A DNA stretch of 64,000 nt, from assembly GCA_963762115.1 (NCBI GenBank), contig CAVXJH010000003.1, positions 64,001 through 128,000 of the forward strand, in the 5' to 3' direction. This DNA is from Candidatus Babeliales bacterium. GTDB lineage: Bacteria > Babelota > Babeliae > Babelales > JANWKD01. The notes under the pieces are model-generated. The model saw nothing but the letters and a program-made list of their open reading frames with translations, was not told the DNA's origin and made no database searches. The translations under genes were made by a program, and so were the position numbers. Of the stretch, positions 20,375 through 29,769 are shown piece by piece. Numbering within the stretch: the stretch's first letter is position 1; the number at the start of each line of letters is the position of its first letter.

Positions 20375-20418
20375 TTTTATACACTAACTATACCTAGTAA
20401 TAACCATACCAAATAATA

Positions 20419-21087
20419 ATGGTAAAAATCTATTATTTAATAAAGAACTTAAGGATATCATTGGCTGATCAACTCATCACACAATTAAACACCCTGGCAC
20501 AAGAATTCCATCTTTCACCGCGACAAATTGAACAATTTGCTCAGTATGCCACCCTATTGAAGAAGGCGAGTAAAGAATTCAATATTACCACCATTACGGA
20601 TGATGCTGCTATGGTGAATTATCATTTTAAAGATTCTTTAATGGTAACGAACTATCTTGATTTTAGCACCATTAATTACTGTGCTGATGTTGGAACGGGT
20701 GGTGGCTTTCCTGGGTTGCCACTTAAGATTCGGTATCCCGATCTTCCTATGATTCTTATTGAAGTTACTGAAAAGAAGATTCGTTTTTTAGAGATGGTTA
20801 TTCAAGAATTAGGTTTAACCAATATTGAAGTGTGTAATTTAGATTGGCGCACTTTTTTACGCAAAACATCGTATCCAATTGATCTTTTCTTGGCTCGCGC
20901 TTCATTGCAGCCGATTGATTTAATAAAGATTTTCAAACCTTCTTCGCTGTATAAAAATGCAACGATTGTTTATTGGGCAGCTGAGCATTGGCAACCTGGG
21001 GCAGTTGAAAATTTTTATATTTCTCAAGAGAGAGGGTATAGCGTTGGCGATAAAGAAAGAAAATTAGTTTTTTTCAAGAATCATTGA
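20419..21087 (+). CDS. rsmG: 16S rRNA m7G527 methyltransferase (probable TTG start at 20461)
   Basis: NIT.I, HFKDSL, DVGTGGGFPGLPL, KK..FL, ARA motifs. Confidence 0.93.
   Translation: MVKIYYLIKNLRISLADQLITQLNTLAQEFHLSPRQIEQFAQYATLLKKASKEFNITTITDDAAMVNYHFKDSLMVTNYLDFSTINYCADVGTGGGFPGLPLKIRYPDLPMILIEVTEKKIRFLEMVIQELGLTNIEVCNLDWRTFLRKTSYPIDLFLARASLQPIDLIKIFKPSSLYKNATIVYWAAEHWQPGAVENFYISQERGYSVGDKERKLVFFKNH
21029..21077 (+). repeat. Direct repeat, copy within the rsmG 3' end
   Basis: 25/28-nt block plus a 15-nt identical block shared with 23578-23627. Confidence 0.8.
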
Positions 21088-21161
21088 TTTTTCTGCATTG
21101 TAACTAAAAAAAAAATTTATATACTTGTAATCACGCTTTGTTTTTACTGGTAGAGGATTTT

Positions 21162-23564
21162 ATGAGACGTACTATTTTTTTTGTAGTTGTTTTTTTGTGT
21201 GCATTATTTTCGCAAGCCGTTGCAATGGAAATATCTGATAATTCAGCAGTAACTTTTCCAAGAATTGTTCCTCGATTAACTGATATCGCTGCCAAAGCAT
21301 ATGTACAGAAAAGAATGGTCGATGAATACAAATCTTTTGGTATTGATGAAATGACGACTGACAATCTTACTGATGATATTGGTCAAAAAATTAATAGCAT
21401 GCAAAATACAATGCGGGTTGGTAATATTATTGAGGTCCCTGTTGAAGTTAATGATATTTTAGCACGTCATACTTTTAATGCCTTTTTTGAACGTGAAGAT
21501 ATTGAAGATGAAAAAAAAAGAAGAAGAAAGAAGCGATGGAAGTATAATTTAAAAGTAGAAAATAATGAAGAAAGAGGTGTTAAAAAAATATTTTTTGAAG
21601 ATGGAATGCTTTGTTTGGTAAAAAAAGGACATGAGCTATTACTGAAATCAAATGATTCTGAAAAAACAATCGTATGTGATAATTATGCCATATCAAAAGA
21701 TGGTAAACAAGCAATAGTCATTTTTAATTCACCGATTGTTAATGGCTATTATGCTAAAAAACCAACAGTTCGCCTTATTAACACGGTAAAAGAATGTGAA
21801 ATGGATTCTGAACTTGAATTACCTGGTATTCATCCTGGTTTGAAAATATCAGTTCAAGCATTTGATTCTAATTATATTCAATACAGTTTTGGCAATGATT
21901 CCAATGATGCTTGTAAGTTATTTTATGCTTTTGACAAATCATTACTATGTATGGCAACAAAAGTTAAGAATTCTCAGTGGAAGCGTTTATTAATGCCAAA
22001 AGATTGCTTACATTGTTATGATTTTAAAGTTTTGTCTGATGGAAAAGCGGTATGTGCGCTTGTTGATTCTTATGATTCTTCTGAAAAAAAAATTCAATTA
22101 CAGCGTTACATTCCTTCTTTAGAAGGAAGTGAGATAATACGAGAGATCGTATGTCCCGAGTTGTTGTTCGTTCCCGATGGAACAGAAAGGATTACTCTTA
22201 ACGATGTCACCGATGATGCAATACTATATTCAGTTCATATTCCTAGCGGTAATGGATCATTAAGAGAAAAAAAAGTTTTTCAGTTGTCTGATAAAAAAAT
22301 ATTTGTTCAAAATAATACTCATCCAATACCTTTGGATAATTCAATGACTTCTTGTATGGATTTTAAAATACATTCTATGATTCCATCATGTATTGTTGCT
22401 GTACGTTCGCAAGATGATTATCCTTTAGCAAAAATATTTTCTTTGCATGATACTCTATGGAATGAGGTTAAAGAATTTAAATTTCCTTTTACCAATCAGA
22501 ATGATAGGGTAGAGCTTTATCGTTATAATGATAATTGGATTCATTATGGAATTCCTTATGAGCAGCAATTTCCTAGTTCTCCAAAATATTTAAAAGTTCT
22601 TTTAACTCCTGATGAATTATTATGTATTAAGACTAAAGCAGTAGTGAGGACAGATAATTTTGTGGTTCCTTTGCCAACAACTGAAATAATAGAATGTGAT
22701 GATTTTATAGTGTCAGAAGATGAAAATTCGATTGCTATGATACAATATCCTGTTAATTATGACCCTGACGATAAAACTTATGTTGAAGTGATAAAAAAAT
22801 GTATTGAAGAAATAGACGGTCAAAAGAAAGTTACTTGGAGGAAAGTATCACAACTATCATTTCCTTTGCTCTCAGCAATTAAATTACAAAGTCTCAATAG
22901 CACTCATTTATTGTGTAGCATTCGCGAAAGACCTTTAGCCGATGATGATGGGGGATGCTTAGGAGGGAAAAAACTTTCTCGAAATTTTGGCAATAGATTT
23001 AGGGTTTTTAGTCTAGATTCTCATACTTTGGTATATGATAAATATCATTCTTATGGTGAACAGCCTCTTTTGCCTACATTTGGCAATAATGCGAGGCTAA
23101 CCAATGTGACATTAGAAGAAATTTTAGGAAATGTAGCCTATACCAATATTAAAAAGAATATTGCAGAACAAAATCAGAAATTTTCATCGATGAGAGAAGA
23201 ACAAATTCGAAAACAATTAGTAACTTGCTCATCATTATTAAAAAGTCATGAAACAAAACATAAGGTAATGCAAACACAAGAAAGATTGCAAAAAATCTAT
23301 AGACGGGCAAGTTTTTTTACAAAAATAAGAATGTGGGCTCGGCGATGGCGAAATTTTCTTAAACCAGTTATCTATTTAGGCAATTGGAGCACATGGTCAA
23401 ATGCATTATTAGGATTACATTCATTTAATAGTAAGAAAATGACGTGTTTAAAAGTTGGGCTTGGCTTTGCGATATCTTTTCCTGTTTCATCTTGTTTGAA
23501 TGATTTTCTGATGTGTGGTTCTTGGCAAAAAGATGATCAAAAATGGTGGAATAAACAAAAATAA
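21162..23564 (+). CDS. Large secreted hypothetical protein, probable beta-propeller-like effector
   Basis: Signal ...AVA|ME, GAGG RBS, basic KKRRRKKR stretch, repeated (D/N)(F/Y).(V/I)..D strands. Confidence 0.75.
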   Translation: MRRTIFFVVVFLCALFSQAVAMEISDNSAVTFPRIVPRLTDIAAKAYVQKRMVDEYKSFGIDEMTTDNLTDDIGQKINSMQNTMRVGNIIEVPVEVNDILARHTFNAFFEREDIEDEKKRRRKKRWKYNLKVENNEERGVKKIFFEDGMLCLVKKGHELLLKSNDSEKTIVCDNYAISKDGKQAIVIFNSPIVNGYYAKKPTVRLINTVKECEMDSELELPGIHPGLKISVQAFDSNYIQYSFGNDSNDACKLFYAFDKSLLCMATKVKNSQWKRLLMPKDCLHCYDFKVLSDGKAVCALVDSYDSSEKKIQLQRYIPSLEGSEIIREIVCPELLFVPDGTERITLNDVTDDAILYSVHIPSGNGSLREKKVFQLSDKKIFVQNNTHPIPLDNSMTSCMDFKIHSMIPSCIVAVRSQDDYPLAKIFSLHDTLWNEVKEFKFPFTNQNDRVELYRYNDNWIHYGIPYEQQFPSSPKYLKVLLTPDELLCIKTKAVVRTDNFVVPLPTTEIIECDDFIVSEDENSIAMIQYPVNYDPDDKTYVEVIKKCIEEIDGQKKVTWRKVSQLSFPLLSAIKLQSLNSTHLLCSIRERPLADDDGGCLGGKKLSRNFGNRFRVFSLDSHTLVYDKYHSYGEQPLLPTFGNNARLTNVTLEEILGNVAYTNIKKNIAEQNQKFSSMREEQIRKQLVTCSSLLKSHETKHKVMQTQERLQKIYRRASFFTKIRMWARRWRNFLKPVIYLGNWSTWSNALLGLHSFNSKKMTCLKVGLGFAISFPVSSCLNDFLMCGSWQKDDQKWWNKQK

Positions 23565-23577
23565 TTTTCATCTTCTT

Positions 23578-23627
23578 AGAGAAGGTATAGCGTTGATGAT
23601 AAAGACTTCTGTATTAGTTTTTTTCAA
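23578..23627 (+). repeat. Direct repeat: displaced copy of the rsmG 3' end
   Basis: agagaaggtatagcgttgatgataaaga...attagtttttttcaa. Confidence 0.8.
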
Positions 23628-23649
23628 AAATTAATACAGAAGTCTTTAT
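23599..23649 (+). terminator. Terminator-like hairpin
   Basis: 18-bp perfect stem ataaagacttctgtatta/taatacagaagtctttat. Confidence 0.75.
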
Positions 23650-23720
23650 TGTTGTAACAAAGAGGGCTTTTAGATATAATATAAAAAATATGAAATATTT
23701 TTATAAGCAAGGGAAAATAG

Positions 23721-24086
23721 ATGAAATTCTTTAAAAGTCTAGTATTTTTAGGTGGTATTTGGTTTGGAGTTTATGCTGAAGATAAAACTCAGAATTTACC
23801 TATATCCAGTGAAGAAATTAAATTAGCGCGAAAAATTCTTATTTTTGGCCAAGAAAAATCATGTAAAAATAATATTCGCCATTACAATGAAAATAAAGTT
23901 GATAAAAAGCATACTTTTTTAACAAAAGATAGAGCTTTCATTGGAACAGTAGCTATTGGAGCTTTAGGATTAAGTTTATTGTGGGGCGGTGTAGCATTGT
24001 TGCCAAATGAATCTTTAGCTCTTGTATGTTCTTTGTTGCACATAGATGAAGTTGGAATCCCACTCAATAAAGCTCATGCATCATAA
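23721..24086 (+). CDS. Small hypothetical secreted/membrane protein
   Basis: Signal peptide (VYA|), C-terminal hydrophobic helix. Confidence 0.6.
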   Translation: MKFFKSLVFLGGIWFGVYAEDKTQNLPISSEEIKLARKILIFGQEKSCKNNIRHYNENKVDKKHTFLTKDRAFIGTVAIGALGLSLLWGGVALLPNESLALVCSLLHIDEVGIPLNKAHAS

Positions 24087-24129
24087 GCAAGTCTTTAAAT
24101 TAAGCTATAAACAAGTTTGAAAAATATAA

Positions 24130-25011
24130 TTACTGTTGTGGACGCACTAAACTTCTTTTGTGTGGTTTGAAGTTATTACTATAATCCATTATTCGGTTTA
24201 GCGTTCGTGCGGTAATGACTCTATCGAATTTTTCTGTTTTATTTATTGCATCAAGTTCTTTTTGATGATTTGTTTTAATATGCTTAATTAAAGAGTGTTT
24301 TTGTTTAAAAGTCTTTTTTCCAGTATCACAACAAGAAAAAATGCAATGAAAATCTTTTGCGCCGGATTCAAAGGTGGTTATCGTTGGGTATAGTTGCATT
24401 AAGAATTCTCGTGCTGTTAAAATATCCTCTATCTTTCTTGTTTTTGAACTTTTAGATTTTTTTGTAATTTTGGGCTTTTGAGTGCCTACTGTTTTTTTTC
24501 TATATGCTGCTAGCGATGTTTCTTTTTTAATGGGAGCGATTGAGATTGTAGTTGGTGTCGATGCTGAATCTTTGCCAAAGAAATCAGATATTGGCATTGT
24601 CCCAGTAGCACTATCTTTAATAATATTGGCTAATACTTCAGGTTCATTATCTATTTCAAAAACATTTGCAATTGCAGTAATGGCACCTTCAGATTTTAGT
24701 AATTCTTGAACTTTTTTAACATGAGCTAGGTATTCTGGGCTTGATGGAACATCGTAGCTATAGTTATATTGTGATATAAAATCAATTACTTGTTTATCAA
24801 ACCCTTCAAGATGTAAAACAATATCTTGTATTTGCCATGGAGATTTATTATAAAGTTCGACATCAGTCATGGTTCGCGCTATATAATTGAGAAGTTTAGC
24901 TGACTCACTTTTTGTTTGCTCTTGATATTCTTTTTCTTGCTGATTTTCCATGCCTAAAATGGGTAGTAATACTAGCGTTGACAGGAGTAAAGTTTGAATG
25001 TTTTTATTCAT
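24130..25011 (-). CDS. Secreted protein with C2H2 zinc-finger-like motif
   Basis: Signal ..ILG|ME; FHCIFSCCDTGKKTFKQKHSLIKHIKTNH; AAGGAG RBS. Confidence 0.75.
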   Translation of the reverse strand: MNKNIQTLLLSTLVLLPILGMENQQEKEYQEQTKSESAKLLNYIARTMTDVELYNKSPWQIQDIVLHLEGFDKQVIDFISQYNYSYDVPSSPEYLAHVKKVQELLKSEGAITAIANVFEIDNEPEVLANIIKDSATGTMPISDFFGKDSASTPTTISIAPIKKETSLAAYRKKTVGTQKPKITKKSKSSKTRKIEDILTAREFLMQLYPTITTFESGAKDFHCIFSCCDTGKKTFKQKHSLIKHIKTNHQKELDAINKTEKFDRVITARTLNRIMDYSNNFKPHKRSLVRPQQ

Positions 25012-25177
25012 AAGGGCTCCTTTAAGGTTTAATTTATAGTTTTAAGGTGAAAATGTTTGATAAAAATAGGTTTATAGTACCATTCTATCAAATCTACATA
25101 ATAATTCAAGTAGAAACTAAATATTGGCCAAAATAAGGGCAATTTTGCCTTAAAAAGCCAAGAAATTTCTCATCTCC

Positions 25178-25207
25178 TTGACTTCTAGAATTCTTGCTCA
25201 GTAAAGT
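25178..25207 (+). promoter_or_regulatory. Candidate sigma70 promoter for the aquaporin gene
   Basis: TTGACT-N18-TAAAGT upstream of AAGGAG RBS. Confidence 0.4.
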
Positions 25208-25252
25208 TATAACTGTTCTATTCTTTCATCGTTTATTTAAAAAGGAGACTTC

Positions 25253-25909
25253 GTGAAAAGATTATTCATGGAATTTTTGGGTACCTTCTTTCTTGTTTTT
25301 GCGATTGCAATGAGTTTTAATAGTATTGCTATTGGTGCAATGTTAATGGTGTGGGTATATATTGGTGCCTTTGTTTCAGGGGCACATTATAATCCTTTAG
25401 TCTCACTTGCTATGGCATTACGCGGTAAGTTAGCATGGGATAAATTGCCTTGGTATTGGTTGGCACAAGTTCTTGGTGGTTTTGTTGCTTTCGCAATGGC
25501 GTATTTCTTGCACAGGCATGTTGCTTTACCAACACCAGGAGTTGATATCAGCCTGTTGCAAGCATTTATTATGGAAGTATTACTTTCATTTGTATTTGCC
25601 CTTATTATTCTTGTTGTTGGTACTGCAGAAAAATATAAAGGTAATGATATTTTTGGTTTTGCAATAGGATTTTCAATTCCTGCATTAGCTGCTGTTGGAG
25701 GACCAGTTTCTGGAGGTTTGTTTAATCCTGCTATTGCGCTTGGTTCAGCATTATTTGCAATTATAATGGGTGTGTCAATTATCTGGTCGCATATTGCAAT
25801 GTATGTTGGCGGGGCATTATTGGGTGCAGTTTTAGCTGCTTATGCTTTTCATTATTTTATCGCTGAAAAGCATGAAGAAATAATCATTTTTAACTTTGTG
25901 CAAAAATAA
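25253..25909 (+). CDS. MIP family channel (aquaporin-like)
   Basis: EFLGTF, SGAHYNPL, AQVLG, SGGLFNPA; multiple TM helices. Confidence 0.93.
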   Translation: MKRLFMEFLGTFFLVFAIAMSFNSIAIGAMLMVWVYIGAFVSGAHYNPLVSLAMALRGKLAWDKLPWYWLAQVLGGFVAFAMAYFLHRHVALPTPGVDISLLQAFIMEVLLSFVFALIILVVGTAEKYKGNDIFGFAIGFSIPALAAVGGPVSGGLFNPAIALGSALFAIIMGVSIIWSHIAMYVGGALLGAVLAAYAFHYFIAEKHEEIIIFNFVQK

Positions 25910-25916
25910 TCTTGAT

Positions 25917-26005
25917 TTGATTATTCTTCATTAAAATTTTGTGGAATGTTATAAGGCTTCCAAAGTTATGTTGTATAACAAGAGTCTTTGGTAGCCTTTT
26001 TTATT
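25917..26005. repeat. ~88-bp repeat copy 1 (matches the 3' end of CDS 29774-31060; contains a hairpin and T-run)
   Basis: tttgtggaatgttataaggcttccaa.gtt.tgttgtat.acaa.agtctttgg..gcctttttt occurs three times. Confidence 0.92.
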
Positions 26006-26161
26006 TAATTTTTGCATAAGCTTTTAATTTTTAGCGAATTTAAGTATAAGCTCTACGTTAAAAGAACAGGTTAATGGGTAGTTTCTTGCTTTGAAGGTAT
26101 AGTTTAAGTATAATAAAAATAGAATTATAAGTATTTTTATTATTTATTGTGGGGGTTATAT

Positions 26162-26923
26162 ATGAAATTGCGATCCAATCTTGTTTTAATGATGGTTATT
26201 ATTGCAACTTTTTTAGTTGTTTTTCCATCATGTAGAGATGCTGAAAAGAGTGTTTCTGCCCAACAAGCCGGAACAATTATCATTTTGCATGGCATTTCTT
26301 CTGCTGGAAAAACATCTACGGCAAAACAAATACAGGGATTAATGAATGATCCTTATGCCTATGTAGGTATAGACTCTTTAAATACTATGTTACCTGAATG
26401 GCTTGTTAACTTTAATCCTGCCACTGCTACAATAACTTCAAAGGTAAAACAAGATGGGTTAAGTTTTGAACCTACTACCGTTAATGGAGAGCAGATTCTT
26501 ATTGTTAAAGTAGGGGTGTTTGCCAAAAGGTATTTTATGCTAATACCTGAGATAATAGCTACTTTTGCTGGAAATGGTTTTAATTGTATTACTGATATTG
26601 GTTTTGCTGCAGCAGACCAAAAATCTAATGAAGATTCGCTTAAAAAATACGTAAAAGATTTGCATGGTTATAAAGTTTATTTTATTAATTTAACGGTTTC
26701 ACCAGAAGTTGCAGCTCAGCGTGAACAGGCTCGAGGTGGTTTTAAAGGCTTAGCGGCAGGCCAGCAGTATTCAATGCTTAAAAGTTTAACTCCCCAAAGT
26801 TTTGATTTAGAAATTGATACGAGCGAGCTTTCGCCTGAACAAATTGCGCAAGAAATTGTTGAATTTATGAAATCGCATAAAGAGCCTCAAGCATTCAATA
26901 ATTTATATAATCATTATTTTTAA
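26162..26923 (+). CDS. Chloramphenicol phosphotransferase-like P-loop kinase with a lipoprotein-like signal
   Basis: IIILHGISSAGKTS Walker A, RE.ARG...GLA..Q, DLEIDTSELSPEQIA; N-terminal hydrophobic stretch ending FPSC. Confidence 0.85.
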   Translation: MKLRSNLVLMMVIIATFLVVFPSCRDAEKSVSAQQAGTIIILHGISSAGKTSTAKQIQGLMNDPYAYVGIDSLNTMLPEWLVNFNPATATITSKVKQDGLSFEPTTVNGEQILIVKVGVFAKRYFMLIPEIIATFAGNGFNCITDIGFAAADQKSNEDSLKKYVKDLHGYKVYFINLTVSPEVAAQREQARGGFKGLAAGQQYSMLKSLTPQSFDLEIDTSELSPEQIAQEIVEFMKSHKEPQAFNNLYNHYF

Positions 26924-26990
26924 AAATAATAGTTATATTCTTAATTTTCAGATTTTTTGTTTTGTATGGGTAATTTTTGTAAGAAGATAT

Positions 26991-27079
26991 TTATTCTTCA
27001 CTAAAATTTTGTGGAATGTTATAAGGCTTCCAAAGTTCTGTTGTATTACAATAGTCTTTGGGGGCCTTTTTTTATTGAT
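26991..27079. repeat. ~88-bp repeat copy 2
   Basis: As copy 1. Confidence 0.92.
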
Positions 27080-27206
27080 ATAGGTAATCAGAGTTGGTAA
27101 TAATTTCAAATTGACTTTTATTTAAAATAGTATAATATGATTATATCAAGGGCAAATAACCCTCATAGAAATATTGATCAAGCCACTCCATTTTAGGGAA
27201 AAAATA

Positions 27207-29768
27207 ATGAAAAACTTCAAAAAAATAACCTTATTTTCACTCTTAAGCATCTTATTTATACCTCTTTTGGGTATGGAAAAAGGAAACCAACCCATTCTTA
27301 CCTGGGTTAAATCAAAAAATAACGATGAGTCTATTTCTTTTACAGACAACGAAAAAATGCTCAGTAATACACTGGAATATATGACTCATGGAGAAGAACC
27401 TTCGTCGCAAGATAACCCATTTCAGCTTGAGGTATCGTATAATACTCTTAATATTTGTAAGACAATCTTTAGTGGTCTTCAAACGGTGTCAGATATACCT
27501 GAAGAAGAAAAAGTATTAAATATAGCAAATTTTTTTTCACAACCACATCTCAATTACGATAAAGATGAATTCAACTTTCTTGATATACCTCTTGTGGAAA
27601 AAGCTTTTAAGCTATTATCGCAACAACAAGGCATACCAACCTCAAATAAAAAAAGGAAACGAGAAGAAGAGCAAAAAAACGCCCAGGCAAAAGAATTATT
27701 TAAAAAACAAAAAGAAGGTTTTGAGGAAGAAGAATTTGTAACTATTAAAACGGCTGATGATCAACAAGTGATAATGCCAACACGTTGGTTACGACTGTTG
27801 CCAACATTGAATAATGTTGCCGGTGATATAGAGGATAGTGAAAATATTATTTATGCTCCTATTTTTGCACAAGGTCTTACTATTCTTAAGGATATGTTTT
27901 TTGCGGTCGAAGAAGCTAAAGAAAAAATTGTTTTTAATCTTGATGAACAATGCATTGAACGTCTTGCTTGTTTAGAAAAAGAAAAAAAAGAAGAGTTAGA
28001 CAAATTAGATTTTTTATTAACAAAACAATGCGATGAATTATATGAATTATATAGTAAAAATAGTAACATAGGTCAGTTAATATCCTCATCAAAATTACAC
28101 GTTACTCCTTTGCCACAATCTGCATTTTCTCCACAAAAATTACAACTTACTCCCTTGCCACAATCTGCATTTTCTCGAGGATTAGAAGATTCTATAAAAA
28201 AATTAAAAAATGACGCACAAGAAAAAAAAGAGTTACTTATAAAGTCATTTGCAGTAAAAGAAAAATCAATCAAAGAGCAGTGTATCGGTCTAAAAAATTT
28301 CAATATTAAAAATTTCAATATTATTAAGACAGTCAAGCAACATTTTGTCAGTAAAGAGTTGTCTTTTGAAGAAATTATGAACTTAGCAATGTTAGGTGAT
28401 TTTACAGGATGTTCGGTATTATTAAAAGCTGCCATTAGTTTAGGGCGTGATCATATTTTGGCAAATCCTCGCAATGGTGATTATAAGTTTGAAGAATTAT
28501 CACATGAGATTGCAACGATATTTAATGAAAAACTACAAAAAACTATTACAAAAAGCATAGCTTCAAATATAAAATTTTTAAATGGTATTGGTGAATGTTC
28601 TTTTTCAAATGATGGGAGAATTGTTGTTCAAAATACTACTGGTTTAAATATTGTTGATTTAAAACGAAAAACAACAAGAGAGATATTTGATTACAAGCAA
28701 GGTGATATGCGAATAATAGGAGGAAAGGAACATGCACTTATAACAGCAACAGGGCATCAATCAGGTTTTATATCAATGGTAAAATTATATCAGTTTAATA
28801 CTGATGGTTCAGGAATAACAATGCAGGTAAGTTTTAATGATGACCCACTACGCTTTTATCTTTGTAATTATTCATTTGATACTGAATTAATAACGTGCCT
28901 TGGAGAAACAGTATCGCCAAGTAATAATGCAAAATTATTGTGGCATTCTTCAGATCAAGCAGTAGTTTTTATAGAAGAAAAAAGCCGCAGACATCATATA
29001 ACTTCACTATTCTTTGGCAAGAAAGAAATAGCAATACGACATGGCGCACGGGTATTACCTTATTGTTTTACTGGCGATCACCGTAAACTTATAACATGTG
29101 GCATTAATTTATGTGACCAATCACGATCTGATCAAGATAGAGAGTCGAGCATGAATTATAGTTTATGTAGAATATGGGATACAAAGACTGGGGATGAAAT
29201 TGCGACTTTAGATTATGCAATTGATAATGTACATTCCATAGCATGTTCCTCTGATGGAGAGATTTTTGCAATATTAGATGAAGATTTATTTATTTATGTT
29301 TATAACATGAAAACAAAAGAGATGATATCATGTTTTAATGCATATGGCGCAGTAGAGCAGCCAGATGATATAGATTCCTTTGATATTACACCTAATAATC
29401 AATATATCATTATTGGAGGCCGGAAGTTCAGACCTCCGTATACTTCAGGAATAAAATCAATATGGGACATAAAAAAAGGTGACAACGTTTTTAAGAATAA
29501 TAACGTTTACTCTATTCTTTGCCAGCCAGATGGTTCAATAATTATACGAAGAAGTCAAGAACATAAAATTGTTACTGACCATATTTTATATGATATACAG
29601 GCAACTCAGGTAGCATTGCGCAATTGTTCATTAGACGCATCATTGTTGATGGCAAAAATAATAAACAGTAAGGATTATTATGTATTAAGTCCTGAAGAAA
29701 AAGAGTGTTATCAAGTACTTCCAGAAGTATTAAAAAATATCGTAAACCTACATATCGCAAAAGAATAA
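27207..29768 (+). CDS. Secreted Skp1/BTB-like + WD40 repeat protein (candidate effector)
   Basis: Signal ..LLG|ME; WD40 blades (CRIWDTKTG, IACSSDG, FDITPNN, SIWDIKKG); Skp1-like segments; KKRKR. Confidence 0.8.
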   Translation: MKNFKKITLFSLLSILFIPLLGMEKGNQPILTWVKSKNNDESISFTDNEKMLSNTLEYMTHGEEPSSQDNPFQLEVSYNTLNICKTIFSGLQTVSDIPEEEKVLNIANFFSQPHLNYDKDEFNFLDIPLVEKAFKLLSQQQGIPTSNKKRKREEEQKNAQAKELFKKQKEGFEEEEFVTIKTADDQQVIMPTRWLRLLPTLNNVAGDIEDSENIIYAPIFAQGLTILKDMFFAVEEAKEKIVFNLDEQCIERLACLEKEKKEELDKLDFLLTKQCDELYELYSKNSNIGQLISSSKLHVTPLPQSAFSPQKLQLTPLPQSAFSRGLEDSIKKLKNDAQEKKELLIKSFAVKEKSIKEQCIGLKNFNIKNFNIIKTVKQHFVSKELSFEEIMNLAMLGDFTGCSVLLKAAISLGRDHILANPRNGDYKFEELSHEIATIFNEKLQKTITKSIASNIKFLNGIGECSFSNDGRIVVQNTTGLNIVDLKRKTTREIFDYKQGDMRIIGGKEHALITATGHQSGFISMVKLYQFNTDGSGITMQVSFNDDPLRFYLCNYSFDTELITCLGETVSPSNNAKLLWHSSDQAVVFIEEKSRRHHITSLFFGKKEIAIRHGARVLPYCFTGDHRKLITCGINLCDQSRSDQDRESSMNYSLCRIWDTKTGDEIATLDYAIDNVHSIACSSDGEIFAILDEDLFIYVYNMKTKEMISCFNAYGAVEQPDDIDSFDITPNNQYIIIGGRKFRPPYTSGIKSIWDIKKGDNVFKNNNVYSILCQPDGSIIIRRSQEHKIVTDHILYDIQATQVALRNCSLDASLLMAKIINSKDYYVLSPEEKECYQVLPEVLKNIVNLHIAKE
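28091..28175 (+). repeat. 45-nt in-frame tandem duplication (KL..TPLPQSAFS x2)
   Basis: aaaattac...ttactcc.ttgccacaatctgcattttct occurs twice. Confidence 0.9.
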
Positions 29769-29769
29769 A

